From Octopus vulgaris (lineage: Eukaryota): a stretch of 64,000 nt of DNA. The notes under the pieces are model-generated. The model was given only the letters and a program-made list of their open reading frames with translations, was not told the origin of the DNA and searched no databases. Positions within the stretch are counted from its first letter, which is position 1; each line of letters starts with the position of its first letter. Positions 1-11,440 of this stretch are shown one piece after another. The translations under genes and the position numbers were made by a program. Where the stretch lies: positions 62,868,001 through 62,932,000 of the forward strand of contig OX597828.1 of NCBI GenBank assembly GCA_951406725.2, given 5' to 3'.

Positions 1-804
1 TGGCTGAGGTCAAATGACTGGAATTGATAAAGAAATAGTCATCTTCATTGTCATTATCACAATTATTGTTTTAACATCCACTTCTCCAGGCCTGCATGGT
101 TCGGATGGAATTGTTGAGTCAGCTTTTTTACTCTTCATGTAGCTGACCCCCACCAGTTTCAAGGCAAGGTAATGACACCACACACACACATCAATATCTA
201 TCATCTAACGTCCATTTGTGTATCATCATCATTTAACATCTCTTTCTATGGCGGCATAGATTGGACAGTTCCACACGTATATATGTGCATGTGTGTGTGT
301 GTGAGAGTGAATTTGCATTCCCCCCTACCTCCCTGTCTTCGTGTGTATTTCAATGGTAGTAAACAATGGTAGTGTGAATCTGGGATTCCCGACATCTTCA
401 CATGCTGCACAATCTCTGTGAATAAAAGGCTAATTTTTATGGTCTTAGTTTCTGCATCTCATTAGCTTCCACATAAACACATCCATACCGTTTGTTGTTC
501 AAGAAACCAGGAGATCCTTTACCTTGTTTGGAAACGTGTGGGTTGGCACAAGCAAGGATATTTGCAGAGGGTCCTATGAGTCTAGGGGCCCAGTTCTGGT
601 CTATGGATGCTATTAATAAATAAATACTACAGAGCCCCATGCACTGCTTTGCCCCGGGGCTTATAATGCTGCTAAGACAGTCCTGGCACCTCTGCTGCAG
701 AAACTCTGCTCCAACATAACAAGCGCTGAAGAGTGGTTATTAAGCGATGATAAGATATGCCAGAGGAATACTCAGTCGCTTATCTCTTAAATTAGCAAGT
801 CATA

Positions 805-1088
805 CATTTAGATAATTGAATACATTTTGACGGAAATTTGTCCTCATTTTGCTTGTTGTTAACACAACATTTTGGCTGATGTACTCCCCAGCCTTCATCA
901 GGTGTCCTGGGGGGAATTTTGAACATGGGTTCCCATTTGTAAGGTATTTTTCAAAATTCGTCCAAGACACCTGATGAAGGCTGGAGAGTACATCAGCCAA
1001 AATGTTGTGTTAACAAAGAACAAGATGAGGAGAAATTTCCATCAAATGTAACTAATGTACATAATTCCTCGTCTCTCAAATATAGCAG
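805..1088. mobile_element. Family-A HHR-bearing element as an inverted pair (Penelope-like ends)
   Basis: 812-910 is the reverse complement of about 963-1050. The right arm reads ACAC-CTGATGA-AGGCTG..CAGCC-(A)AAATGTT-GTGT, a minimal hammerhead with decayed GAAAC. Same family at 26990, 29630 and 51580. Confidence 0.75.
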
Positions 1089-1249
1089 TGAAGTATTCTC
1101 TTACCAAAAGTACCAAATGAGTCAATCATTATAGATTTTTAAAATTTTGTCTCATAAGGTCTGTTATCTGGTTTCCATGGTGGGACCAAAGTCACAAAGT
1201 GTCCCCTGAATGGGTTGCTGGTCTGTTGCAGGATTCAAGGCTAGTAATT

Positions 1250-1630
1250 TTGTAAGGCTGGTGTGGGGGACAAGTCAATTACCTCAGCCGTAGTATTTGA
1301 CTCGTACTTCATTTTATTGACTCAAAGGGATGAAAGGTAATGTTGTCCTTGGCAGGATTTGAACTCATAACATAGTGAGATGGAAGAAATGATTCTAAGC
1401 ATTTCTGTTTGACATGCTAATGATTCTGCCGGCTCGTTACCTTCTCATTAAATATTAGTTTCGAATTTTGGCACAAGGCCAGCAAATTCAAGGGAAGGAG
1501 TAAGTCAATTACATCAACCCCAGAGCTCAGCTGGTTCTTATTAATCCCTTGGTGGAATTTGAACTTCAAACACAAAGATATACAAAATGCTTTGCCCGAC
1601 CCACTCAATTCTACCAGCTCACTGCCTTAA
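1250..1630 (-). mobile_element. Two tandem tRNA-derived SINEs (family C)
   Basis: On the minus strand, head AAGGCAGTGAGCTGGTAGAAT and B-box GTTCAAATTC, followed by the family-C body. Homologous to 14612-14843, 48610-48790 and 50690-50902. Confidence 0.75.
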
Positions 1631-1648
1631 CTTCTAGTTGGAAATTAC

Positions 1649-2763
1649 GGATCTTTTCCTTTTGATGGACGGAATTTTCTAGTTAACTAAAAAATTTGAA
1701 ACTTCGTATACTGGTAGAATGTGTCAAAAGAAAACATTATTGTAAACAAAACTGAAAACAAAATTGTAATTTGTAAGTTTAACGTAGTTTAATTCGAAGA
1801 ATTTTAACCAATGAAATCCCAGCATCTTCGAATTTTAACCAATGAAATCTCAGCATTTGAGCTCAAATCATTTGCTGCGTTATCGATAAAGAAGCATAGC
1901 AGACGCATGCCGCATACACACACACACATATTCAGATACATACACACGTACACTTGCACACACACACACTCTGTTACTCTCTCTCTCTCTCAAACACATG
2001 CATATACATTTGCACAAGCACATAGTAATTAATATATAAGCGTACACACACATACAAACGGAGATATACATACACACACAAACGCACACAAGCATACATA
2101 CACGTTCGTGAGTTGCCCCTTGCTGCAACAAATTTACACAAAAGGTATATAAACCAGAAGTAGGTGGGCTCAATGTTTCATTGTTTCGGGGTCGATAAAT
2201 TAAGTACCAATTACGCACTGGTGTCGAGGATTTTTTCCCAATTTATATCACAGCTTCCGACAAGCTGGAGGCATCCTTTTATGAAAAAAAATTTCGCAAA
2301 TTTTTACAATACGACTCACACTCCGCGTGCAAACTCTAGACCGCTTTAGGCATATTATTGTTTTGTTTTTGTTGTTTCTGGCCCTTCAAAACCATGGGAG
2401 AAGCCTTTTCGGTAAAAAAGAATAACGAAAATATTAAAAAAATATCGTTAATATTTTTATTGGGCGACGAAATTCATCGATTTAAGAGATATAGCTGTTA
2501 TTTCTAGCACATACAGAAGACAGAAGAGATAAGGATGAATAAGACGTGTGTGTGTGAGTTTTTAGACACAGCAAATGATTTGAGCTCAAATGCTAGGATT
2601 TCATTGGTTAAAATTCTTCGAATTAAACTACGTTAAACTTACAAATTACAATTTTGTTTTCAATTTTGTTTACAATATTTTCTTTTGACACATTCTACCA
2701 GTATACGAAGTTTCAAATTGTTTAGTTAACTAGAAAATTCCGTCCATCAAAAGGAAAAGATCC
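1649..2763. mobile_element. Non-autonomous DNA transposon with ~200-bp TIRs and 8-bp TSD (Merlin-like)
   Basis: Starts GGATCTTTTCCTTTTGATGGACGG and ends CCGTCCATCAAAAGGAAAAGATCC. TIRs span about 1649-1879 and 2570-2763. Direct repeat GAAATTAC at 1641-1648 and 2764-2771. GG termini with an 8-bp TSD fit Merlin. Confidence 0.8.
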
Positions 2764-3889
2764 GAAATTACAAAGAGTTAAGGACAGTGGAGTGATAAAA
2801 AGACAAGTGACAATGACTGGGAATTGAACCTGGGATAGTGATGTAACCAATCTAGACAAAACATAAAACCATTTCCCAACTAATGAAATGTCATGTAAAT
2901 ACCCAAACTGGGGAGAGAAAAAAAAGAACAAAAACACAAAACAAACCTTGAGTCAATAGCACCTCCCCCCCTCCCTCCTAGAAAACTGCACCTCTTCCTC
3001 ACCTGACCTGCTGACCTTTTTTAAGAACAGCCTAAATACCAACCACACTCTTCGTTCTCTTCCTCTTTCTCTTCTCCCCTTCTATCTGCTCCCCCTCCCA
3101 CCTTGTCTCTTCTATCCTCCCAACTCCCCTTTGCTATTATTTGCACGCACCCCCTCTATCACACTCTTGTCTTAATGTTAACCTTAATGTTTTCTTTTGT
3201 ATTTTTTGTTATTTTTTCTTTCCATCACATTTTTTTTTTTAAATGTTATTGTTGCTATTTTTCTCTTTTAATTTTTTTTTGTTTAAATTATTTTTTTCTT
3301 TTCCACTCAGAAAACAAAAAAAAGGTCAGTAAAAATACAAAAATCTCTGAAAGGTCAATCTTGCTTTCGAATATATTCCAACATCAACTCCGACATATAC
3401 AGAAAGAAATGCTCAGATTTTGCAAACCTTTGAATGAGACGCGACAACACAGCAACAAAATCTACAAGAAACTCCCAACTGTTTTTAAAATAAGTCGTTA
3501 ACAAACGAGTCTGAATTTGGGATTTAAACTTTGCTCTCCCAGTGCAGTCCTGAAATCTCAAAATTTTTTCAGAAATATCTTACTATCTTGTAAACAAGGA
3601 CACTAACCAGAAGAAAACAAGTTTATATGCACTGTATTTCCTGGTGTTGAGGATGATTTGACCTCAAAAACACACCTAATTTTGAAAAAAGATTATAAAG
3701 GAAGACAAGTGTAGAGAAAGATCTCAGCACTTTCACATAGTTTTCCAAAATGTTTTGTTAATGACTTATCAGCATCTAGATCCTGTTGACCGCTTATAGT
3801 ACTGTTAAGTATGGAGGTAGTAAGCTTATCATAGGCAACTTGCCTTTGCAAATGACTTATGAAAAGAGTAAACTTGTCCTTAAATTTTT

Positions 3890-6005
3890 GAGCCTGCCAA
3901 ATATTGACCCAGTAGAAGGACCAGCTATCAGTATAGATAGCTCCCTAGTAGTTAAGACAATTAAGGGTATGAAGCCAGGAAAAGCCCCCCCCTCCGGCCC
4001 ATCAGGAATCACTGCTGAGATGCTTAAAACATCTGGTGGTGTGGGCTACAGCCTAGTCACCCGCATTGTAAGCCAAGTAGTTCATGATGGAGTCATACCC
4101 AATGACTGACGTAGCAGCACCATAGTCAACTGCTACAAGGGTAAAGGTGATGCTCTAGATAGAAATAACTACAGGGGTATCAAACTGCTGGATCAGGTAA
4201 TGAAGGTCACAGAGAGGGTCATAGCCCATCTCATCAGGGAGAGAGTCTGCTTAGATGAGATGCAGTTCGGTTTTGTGCCTAGTAGAAGCACCATTGATGC
4301 CATATTCATGGTTCGACAACTGCAGGAGAAATACCTAGCCAAAGATAAGCCCCTATACTTAGCTTTTGTGGACTTGGAGAAAGCCTTTGACAGGGTCCCC
4401 CGATCCCTTATCTGGTGGGCGATGTGGAAACTGGAGATTGATGAATGGTTAATAAGGGCTGTACAAGCCCTCTACGGAGAAGCTGTTAGTAAGGTTAGGA
4501 TTGGCAATGAGTACAGTGAAGAATTCCGAGTAGAAGTTGGCGCCCACCAAGGCTCAGCCCTCAGTCCCCTTCTATTCCCCATAGTCCTCCAGGTAATAAC
4601 AGAAGATTTAAGACGGGTTGTCCCTGGGAGCTCCTCTATGCTGATGACCTAGTCCTCGTAGCAGAATCGCTACCGGAACTAGAGATGAAATTTTGTGTGT
4701 GGAAGCTAGGGTTAGAATCAAAAGGCCTTAGAGTCAATGTAGCAAAGACCAAAGTTCTAGTAAGTAGGAAGGCAAACTCACCACACACCCCTTCAGGTAG
4801 GTGGCCCTGCTCGATCTGTAGAAAAGGTGTAGGTAGAAACTCCATAAGATGTACCCAGCATAAAACTATGGACACATAAGAGGTGCAGCAATATCAAAGG
4901 AAAATTAACTGAGAAGATAGCTTTCATGTGCGGCAGATGCACAGGGGCAATTGACACCATTGATACTCAGAAAACAGATTCCATTACACTCCTTGGGGAG
5001 AAATTAGAAATAGTTGATAGTTTCTGCTACCTAGGTGACCAAGTTAGCAGTGGTGGATGCTCAGAGAGCGTTACCACTAGAATAAGAATAGCTTGGGCAA
5101 AGTTTAGGAAGCTTCTTTCCCTACTGGCGACAAAGGGTCTCTCGCTCAGAGTGAAAGGTAGGTTGTGCAATGCATGTGTGCGAGCTGCCATGTTTCATGG
5201 CAGTGAAGCATGGGCTGTGACTGCAGAGGACATGCAGCTAACATGATCCGCTGGATGTGTAATGTCAGTGTCCATGCACGACAGAGTGTAAGCGTCCTGA
5301 GAGAAATGTTGGGCATAAGAAGCATTAGATGCAGCGTGCAGGAGAGATGTCGGCACTGGTATGGTTATGTACTACGGATGGATGAGGAGAGATGTGTGAA
5401 TAAGTGCCACTCCCAAACTGTTGAAGGAATCAGGGGTAGAAGTAGACCCAGGAAGACATGGGACGAGGTGGTCAAGCATGACCTTCGTACTTTGAGCCTC
5501 ACAGAGGCTATGACGAGAGACCGAGACCTCTGGAAATATGCTGAGACTTCGAAGACCCGACAAATGAAGTGAGTTCATGGCTCGCAGGACGGCCTGCTGT
5601 GCTAACCTTGGATTGTAGAGTGACCTGCTGTTCTTGAGGAGACCTGTTGAGTCAAGTACATCAACATCAAAATAAAAATTCAAATGGAAATTGTAGTTAA
5701 GACACCCGTGTCAGTGAAACAAGAAGCACCATCCGAATGTGGCAGATGCCAGCACCGCCTGACTGGCATCCGTGTCGGTGACACGTAAAAGCACCAACTG
5801 ATTGTGGCCATTTGCCAGCCTGCTCTGGCCCCTGTGCTGGTGGCACGTAAAAAACACCCACTACACTCTCGGAGTGGTTGGCATTAGGAAGGGCATCCAG
5901 CTGTAGAAACACTGCAAAATCAGACTAGAGCCTGGCTTACCAGACCCCGGTCGAACCATCCAACCCATGCTAGCATGGAAAACGGACGTTAAATGATGAT
6001 GATGA

Positions 6006-6007
<2 letters not shown>
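3890..6007 (+). mobile_element. 5'-truncated RTE-clade LINE (RT pseudogene, 3' UTR, (GAT)n tail)
   Basis: Frameshifted RT pieces: QFGFVPSRSTIDAIF, AFVDLEKAFDRVP, HQGSALSPLLF, LLYADDL and RPRKTWDEVVKHDL (stop 5572). The UTR ends GGACGTTAAATGATGATG. Confidence 0.95.
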
Positions 6008-6040
<33 letters not shown>

Positions 6041-6049
<9 letters not shown>

Positions 6050-6421
6050 CTGAAGTTGTGTGTGTGTGTGGCAGGCTTGGTAGGCTTTGACACTATGTCC
6101 TCCGAGACCTTGCAGCGCAAGTTGACCAAAATTGAGAGTATGATAGAAGGCTTGCTCTTCATTCCATATAAAAAAAAAATTCAAATCGGACCAAGTTAAC
6201 ACCAAAAATTATTTACATCAAAAAGGTGCTTTTTTTCTATGAAAATCCCTATTTTTTTACAATTTTTTTACTGCTGTATTGCCATTTTTCGGAATATTTC
6301 AACCAGAAAAATGTTCACTTAAAGAGAATAACAAGCTACATAATGCAAAATTTTTACTTTTCAAAAATTCCAATTCTAAAGGGTTGAAACAAACCCGAGC
6401 AACGCCAGGTGACACTGCTAG
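6041..6421 (+). mobile_element. Non-autonomous Helitron-like element
   Basis: 5' end TATATAAAGCTGAAG next to a TA tract. Subterminal hairpin ACCCGAGCAACGCCAGGT, terminal CTAG (6418-6421) followed by T. No TIRs. Confidence 0.7.
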
Positions 6422-7453
6422 TATATATATATATAATCCTCAAAGCTGAGGAGTCTCTAGACTTGCTTAATGTAACAGTCAAATATTTAATGGTAATTTA
6501 ATTTATATTGAAAATGAAATTGCAGAAGCATTAAGAAATAGTTAAGTAATTATTTGTCTTGAAGTTAATTCATCTATAGATAATAGTTTATAATATATTG
6601 GATAAAAAATTCCTTGGGTGTAGAAAGGCAGAAAGTGAGTGGGACTTGAACAACAAACACAGACAGACATGCTCCTGATTGCACCACAGTAACCATCTTC
6701 CATCAAATTCAATCTTAACAAGAAAGTTTGTTTGCATTTGGAAAACAAGTATAGAAACAGTGAGAAATATGTAAATTAGTCTTTATTAACGATGTATCTC
6801 AGAGAAAACTCTTCTGAATAAAGGCTTTTGGCACATTGGCTGCTTTAATAGAATCGATAGAACATGTTCTGGGTTACAGAAGATGTATGGTTCAAGTTCA
6901 ACAGGCAGATATCCACCTTTTCTCTATCCAAATTTTTTTAACTCCAATCTGTTTTAAGCTGTTATATCGTTAATAAAGACTGATTTTTAAAATCCCTAGC
7001 TTTTCTAAAACAAAGAGCATTTAGAGAAAGAAGCCAGAATGTTAGTTTTTCATGAGAATCGCTTTGCCTGCTAAACATAAGAGTTAAAACTCTTAAAACT
7101 CCTGACTATCTTAAAAATGAAGAGACATAACTGGTATGAAGTGTGCATGTGTGCGTAACAAGTGTGGTAAGATCCGGGTGAGCCAAGTTCATGATCAGAG
7201 TTCATGTATATCATGACCTCTCAAACAAAAATATATGTGTAGAGTCTCACATACACAGTATAGTGAGTTGAATAATTTTGATTAATTGAAATTATCTTTG
7301 TAGTTACCAAACACCCACTTCCTTTAATTCTGAAAAAACAGGCAAGAGAGCTAACTCTGATGTCAGACTATCCAAACCTTCAAATTGAAAAAAATAAAGA
7401 AAAGGCAATTCCAAGTGGATCTTGTCTTTATTTTTATATATTACACTACATTT

Positions 7454-7491
<38 letters not shown>

Positions 7492-7629
7492 TATATAAGA
7501 GGGATGACCACTAAGTGGACATCCAATATACTATGGTCTGACCACCAAGAAAAGATTGTTCTCAAGAAAATTCAGCAAACGCCAGAAAGTAAGCGAGCAA
7601 GACAAATGAAAAGATACAAAATATGATTA

Positions 7630-7701
7630 ATCACATACGAGGTTTCATTGTTACCACTTACATATTTAAGTATGTAAATGTCCGAAATTCATCAGTGTGA
7701 T
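7630..7701 (-). ncRNA. Type I hammerhead ribozyme motif in a ~250-bp mini-element (7498-7745)
   Basis: Minus strand: ATCACA-CTGATGA-[stem II with inner hairpin CATTTACATA/TATGTAAGTG]-GAAAC-CTC-GTA-TGTGAT. Stem I is a perfect 6-bp ATCACA/TGTGAT and the triplet is GUA. Confidence 0.75.
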
Positions 7702-7762
7702 CGTCATAGCAAAAAATAAATTGCAGAACTATACACGAGACGTCCATATATATATATATATT

Positions 7763-7990
7763 CTTTTATTCTGTTATTTGTTTCAGTCATTTGACTGCGG
7801 TCATGCTGGAGCCCCACCTTTAGTCGAACAAATTAACCCCAGGATTTATTCTTTGCAAACCTAGTACTTATTTCATTGGTCTCTTTGGTTGAACTGCTAA
7901 GTTACGGGAGCGTAAACACCAACATCGGTTATCAAGCAATGATGGGGGGCACAAACAGAGACACACAAACATATACAAGCACACACACAT
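7763..7990 (-). mobile_element. SINE family B, 3' half
   Basis: Tail on the minus strand: CTCCAGCATGACCGCAGTCAAATGACTGAAACAAAT. Matches fuller copies at 31420 and 52981. Confidence 0.85.
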
Positions 7991-8127
7991 ATATATATAT
8001 ACAAGATAAGAAAATGGAGAAATACATTTAAATCAAATATCAATTACCAGATAATACTCTATCACATACTTTATTAAACCACCACATAAGAGATTGTAGG
8101 GTTAAATATAAAAAGCAGAACAAATCA

Positions 8128-8174
<47 letters not shown>

Positions 8175-8242
8175 CACATATATGTATATATATGCACACA
8201 CACATATATATATATGCACACACACACACACATATATATATG

Positions 8243-8277
<35 letters not shown>

Positions 8278-8606
8278 GCACACACACACACATATATATA
8301 TATGCACACACACACATATATATATATACACACACACATATATATATATGCACACACACACATATATATATATGCACACACACACATATATATATATGCA
8401 CACACACACATATATATATATGCACACACACACATATATATATGCACACACACACATATATATATATATGCACACACACACACACACATATATATATATG
8501 CACACACACACACATATATATATATGCACACACACACACACATATATGCGCACACACACGCATATATGCATGCACACACACATATATGCACACACACACA
8601 TATATG

Positions 8607-8679
<73 letters not shown>

Positions 8680-8680
8680 G

Positions 8681-8721
<41 letters not shown>

Positions 8722-8776
8722 GCACACACATATATATACATATATATATATATATATGCACACATATATATACACA
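8128..8776. repeat. Compound (TA)nTG(CA)n microsatellite array
   Basis: Repeated units of TATATATGCACACACACA. Source of six spurious ORFs. Confidence 0.97.
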
Positions 8777-8777
8777 T

Positions 8778-10497
8778 GATTGATTGATTGATCGATTCTA
8801 GTTTCAGCTCATGAGCTGTGGCCATGCTGGGGCACCGCCATTTGGTGTTGCTACTTGGTTTTACTTCCTGAACGCTTTCTAGCAACTGCCATTTGGTGCA
8901 TGAGAGAGTTCGATGCAGCTGCCCTCATCTGCACCTCCTGCCGTGAAGTTGGTTCATCTGGGACACCTGACAGGAAGAGATCCAGTTTCATTTTAAAGAC
9001 ATCTGCATCCACCCCATGCAGGTCTCTCAGGTTCTTCGGGAGGATATTGAAGAGCTGTGGGCCTCGGAAGCCCAGGCTATCACAGTATCTTGTCCTACAT
9101 CTTGATGGCAAATTTGGAGTCCTAGGCACCACGCAGTGGCGCCCAGTTCTGGCATTTGTGTAACTCTCGATGCCAAAGTTTGGGACACGTCCCTCCAGGA
9201 TCTTCCAGATGTATATTATGGCATATCTTTCCCGCCTACGCTCCAAGGAATATAGTTTTAATCTCTTGAGTCTTTCCCAGTAGCTTACATTCTGCATAGA
9301 GGCTATCTTCTTCGTGTAGTTACGCTGGATCGCCTCGAGCTCTGTGATCAACTTGACACTGGATGGTGACCATAACTGAGAGCAATAGTCAAAGTGGCTT
9401 AGGACAAGTGTCCTCCAGAGGACCATCATGGTTTCTTGTTCTCTTGTTCTAAAGGTTCTGAGAATCCATCCGGCCAGTCGTCTACATTTCATTGCCAATT
9501 TAGCAACATGAACACGAAAGGTTGCGTCATCACTCATGTAAATACCCAGGTCACGCACTGATTGTGCCTCTGGGATTGCTGTTCCTCCGGGTCCAGTGTA
9601 TTCATTGGGTATTGCATTTAGTTTTGCATGCTGATAGTATAAAGCTTGAAACTTTTCAGCATTGAACTGCATGCTATTCTTTTCAGCCCACTTGTATATT
9701 TTGTCCAGCTCACATTGCAGGCGTTTAGTGTCCTCAGGGTTCTGTATTGCCTGTGAAACTTTTGTATCATCTGCATAACTTGTGATCGTGGCTCTCTGCG
9801 TGGCTGAGGGCATGTCTGAGAGGGCCATTATGAACAGTAGTGGTCCCAGAACAGTGCCCTGCGGAACACCGCTCACTATTTGCGTGTTAATGGAAGTGGC
9901 CCCTACTACCACCTGACTTCTATCTTTCAGAAAGTCATGAAGCCATTCTCCCAGTTTTCCAACTATGTTGAGATCACGCAGTTTGTGACATATTCCATGA
10001 TCGACTTTATCAAAGGCCTTTGCAAAGTCGAGATATATCACTTCCACATTTGAGTGGTTGAGCAGCCGTTTCAGCACCCAGTCATAGTGTTGTAGGAGCT
10101 GAGTTAAACAGCTTCTCCCTGGTCGGAAACCATGTTGGGTGTCGGGCAGCAAGTCATTTTCTTCAAGGAAGGTGATCAGTTTCCTTCTGACTATTCGTTC
10201 CATGACCTTGCTGATGTGTGAGGTCAGAGAGATAGGTCTGTAGTTCTTGGCCTCCGCTCTGCTACCTCCTTTATGAATGGGGCATATTTTACCTTCCTTC
10301 AGTTTTCTTGGAAGTTTGCCAGCTGCAAGGAAGCTCTGAAAGAGGAACTGCAGTGGTCTTGCTAGGACTCTCTTACATGCTTTTAGGAGGATTGCTGGGA
10401 ATCCATCGGGGCCAGTAGCTGAGTCTGTTTTCATTTCATCTATAGCCTTTATTACATCGTCTTCCTTTATATCAATGTAATCTATCGTCGCCGATGT
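8778..10497 (-). mobile_element. Young 5'-truncated CR1/L2-group LINE with uninterrupted RT ORF
   Basis: Open ORF 8851-10515: NYRPISLTS, QHGFRPGRSC, YLDFAKAFDKVDH, GVPQGTVLGPLLF, YADDTK, RDLGI. Short 3' UTR with a stem-loop and an (AATC)n tail. The N-terminal MCIYIC comes from flanking microsatellite. Confidence 0.95.
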
Positions 10498-10510
10498 GCA
10501 TATATATATG

Positions 10511-10544
<34 letters not shown>

Positions 10545-10545
<1 letters not shown>

Positions 10546-10700
10546 GACAGGCTTCTTTCAGTTCCCGTCTACCAAATCCACTCACAAAGCTTTGGTCGGC
10601 CTGAGGCTATAGTAGAAGACATTTGCCCAAGGTGTCAAGTAGTGGGACTGAACTCAGAACCATGTGGTTTGGAATCAAGCTACTTACTGCACAGCCATTC
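10545..10700 (-). mobile_element. SINE family B, 5' half (tRNA head plus CORE-like domain)
   Basis: Minus strand: GGCTGTGCAGTAAGTAGCTTG..GTTCAGTCCCAC..CACCTTGGGCAAATGTCTTCTACTATAG. Confidence 0.85.
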
Positions 10701-11057
10701 ATATATATATACATACATACAGAGAGAGAGAGAGAGAGAATGAATGAAGGTGCATAACCTCATGGTTAGGTTGTTACACTCTCAGTTGCAGGATCATGGT
10801 TTCTATTTCCAAACCAGTGGTTCATAGTGTTCTTCAGTAAAAACAATTCCAGTCTACTTGGCTGTAAATAGGTAACCCTGCAACAGATAGAATGCTAAGG
10901 GGAGCAGCATACAGGGAGAACGTTGGCCTGCTCGTCTAACCAGCAAGATAGCATCATTTGAAAGCTACAAAAATGTGAGAAAGTGTATTGTGATCAGTGG
11001 TGTACAACCACACATAATGGTCTGGTCAATACAGCAATATCTGTGTGTGTGTGTCAG

Positions 11058-11440
11058 GAATGGCTGTAAGGTGAGATGTTTGTATGCCAATGACACGGTT
11101 CCAGGTTCAGTCTCATGGCATGGCACCTTGGGCAAGTGTCTTCTGCTATAGCCTTGGGCCAAAAAAAAAGCCATGTGAGTGGATTTGATAAACAGAAACT
11201 GAAAGAAGCCCTTTTCATGCCTGTGTATATAAATGTGTGTATGCTTGCATCCCACCATCACATGAGAAATGGTGTTGGTTTGTTTATGTCTACTGTAACT
11301 TAGCAGTTTGGCATAAGAGACTGATAGAATAAGTACCAGGTTTTAAACAAAGAATTGGGGTTGATTTGTTCAAATAAAACCCTTCAAGGCAGTACTCCAG
11401 CATGGCCACAGTCCAAAGACTGAAATAAATAAAAGATAAA
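11058..11440 (+). mobile_element. SINE family B
   Basis: GGTTCAGTCTC..GGCACCTTGGGCAAGTGTCTTCTG..CCAGCATGGCCACAGTCCAAAGACTGAAA. Confidence 0.85.

Noticed and set aside
3103-3561. 132-aa and 68-aa ORFs
   Set aside because: Low-complexity T-rich sequence. Possibly a decayed retroelement end, but no motif I can support.
8040-8885. Six long overlapping ORFs (HT/YI/CV-rich)
   Set aside because: Translations of a CA/TA microsatellite with no coding complexity. The same applies to ORFs at 18-20 kb, 23.3-24.3 kb, 37.5-38.7 kb, 40.4-40.8 kb, 44.5 kb and 61 kb.
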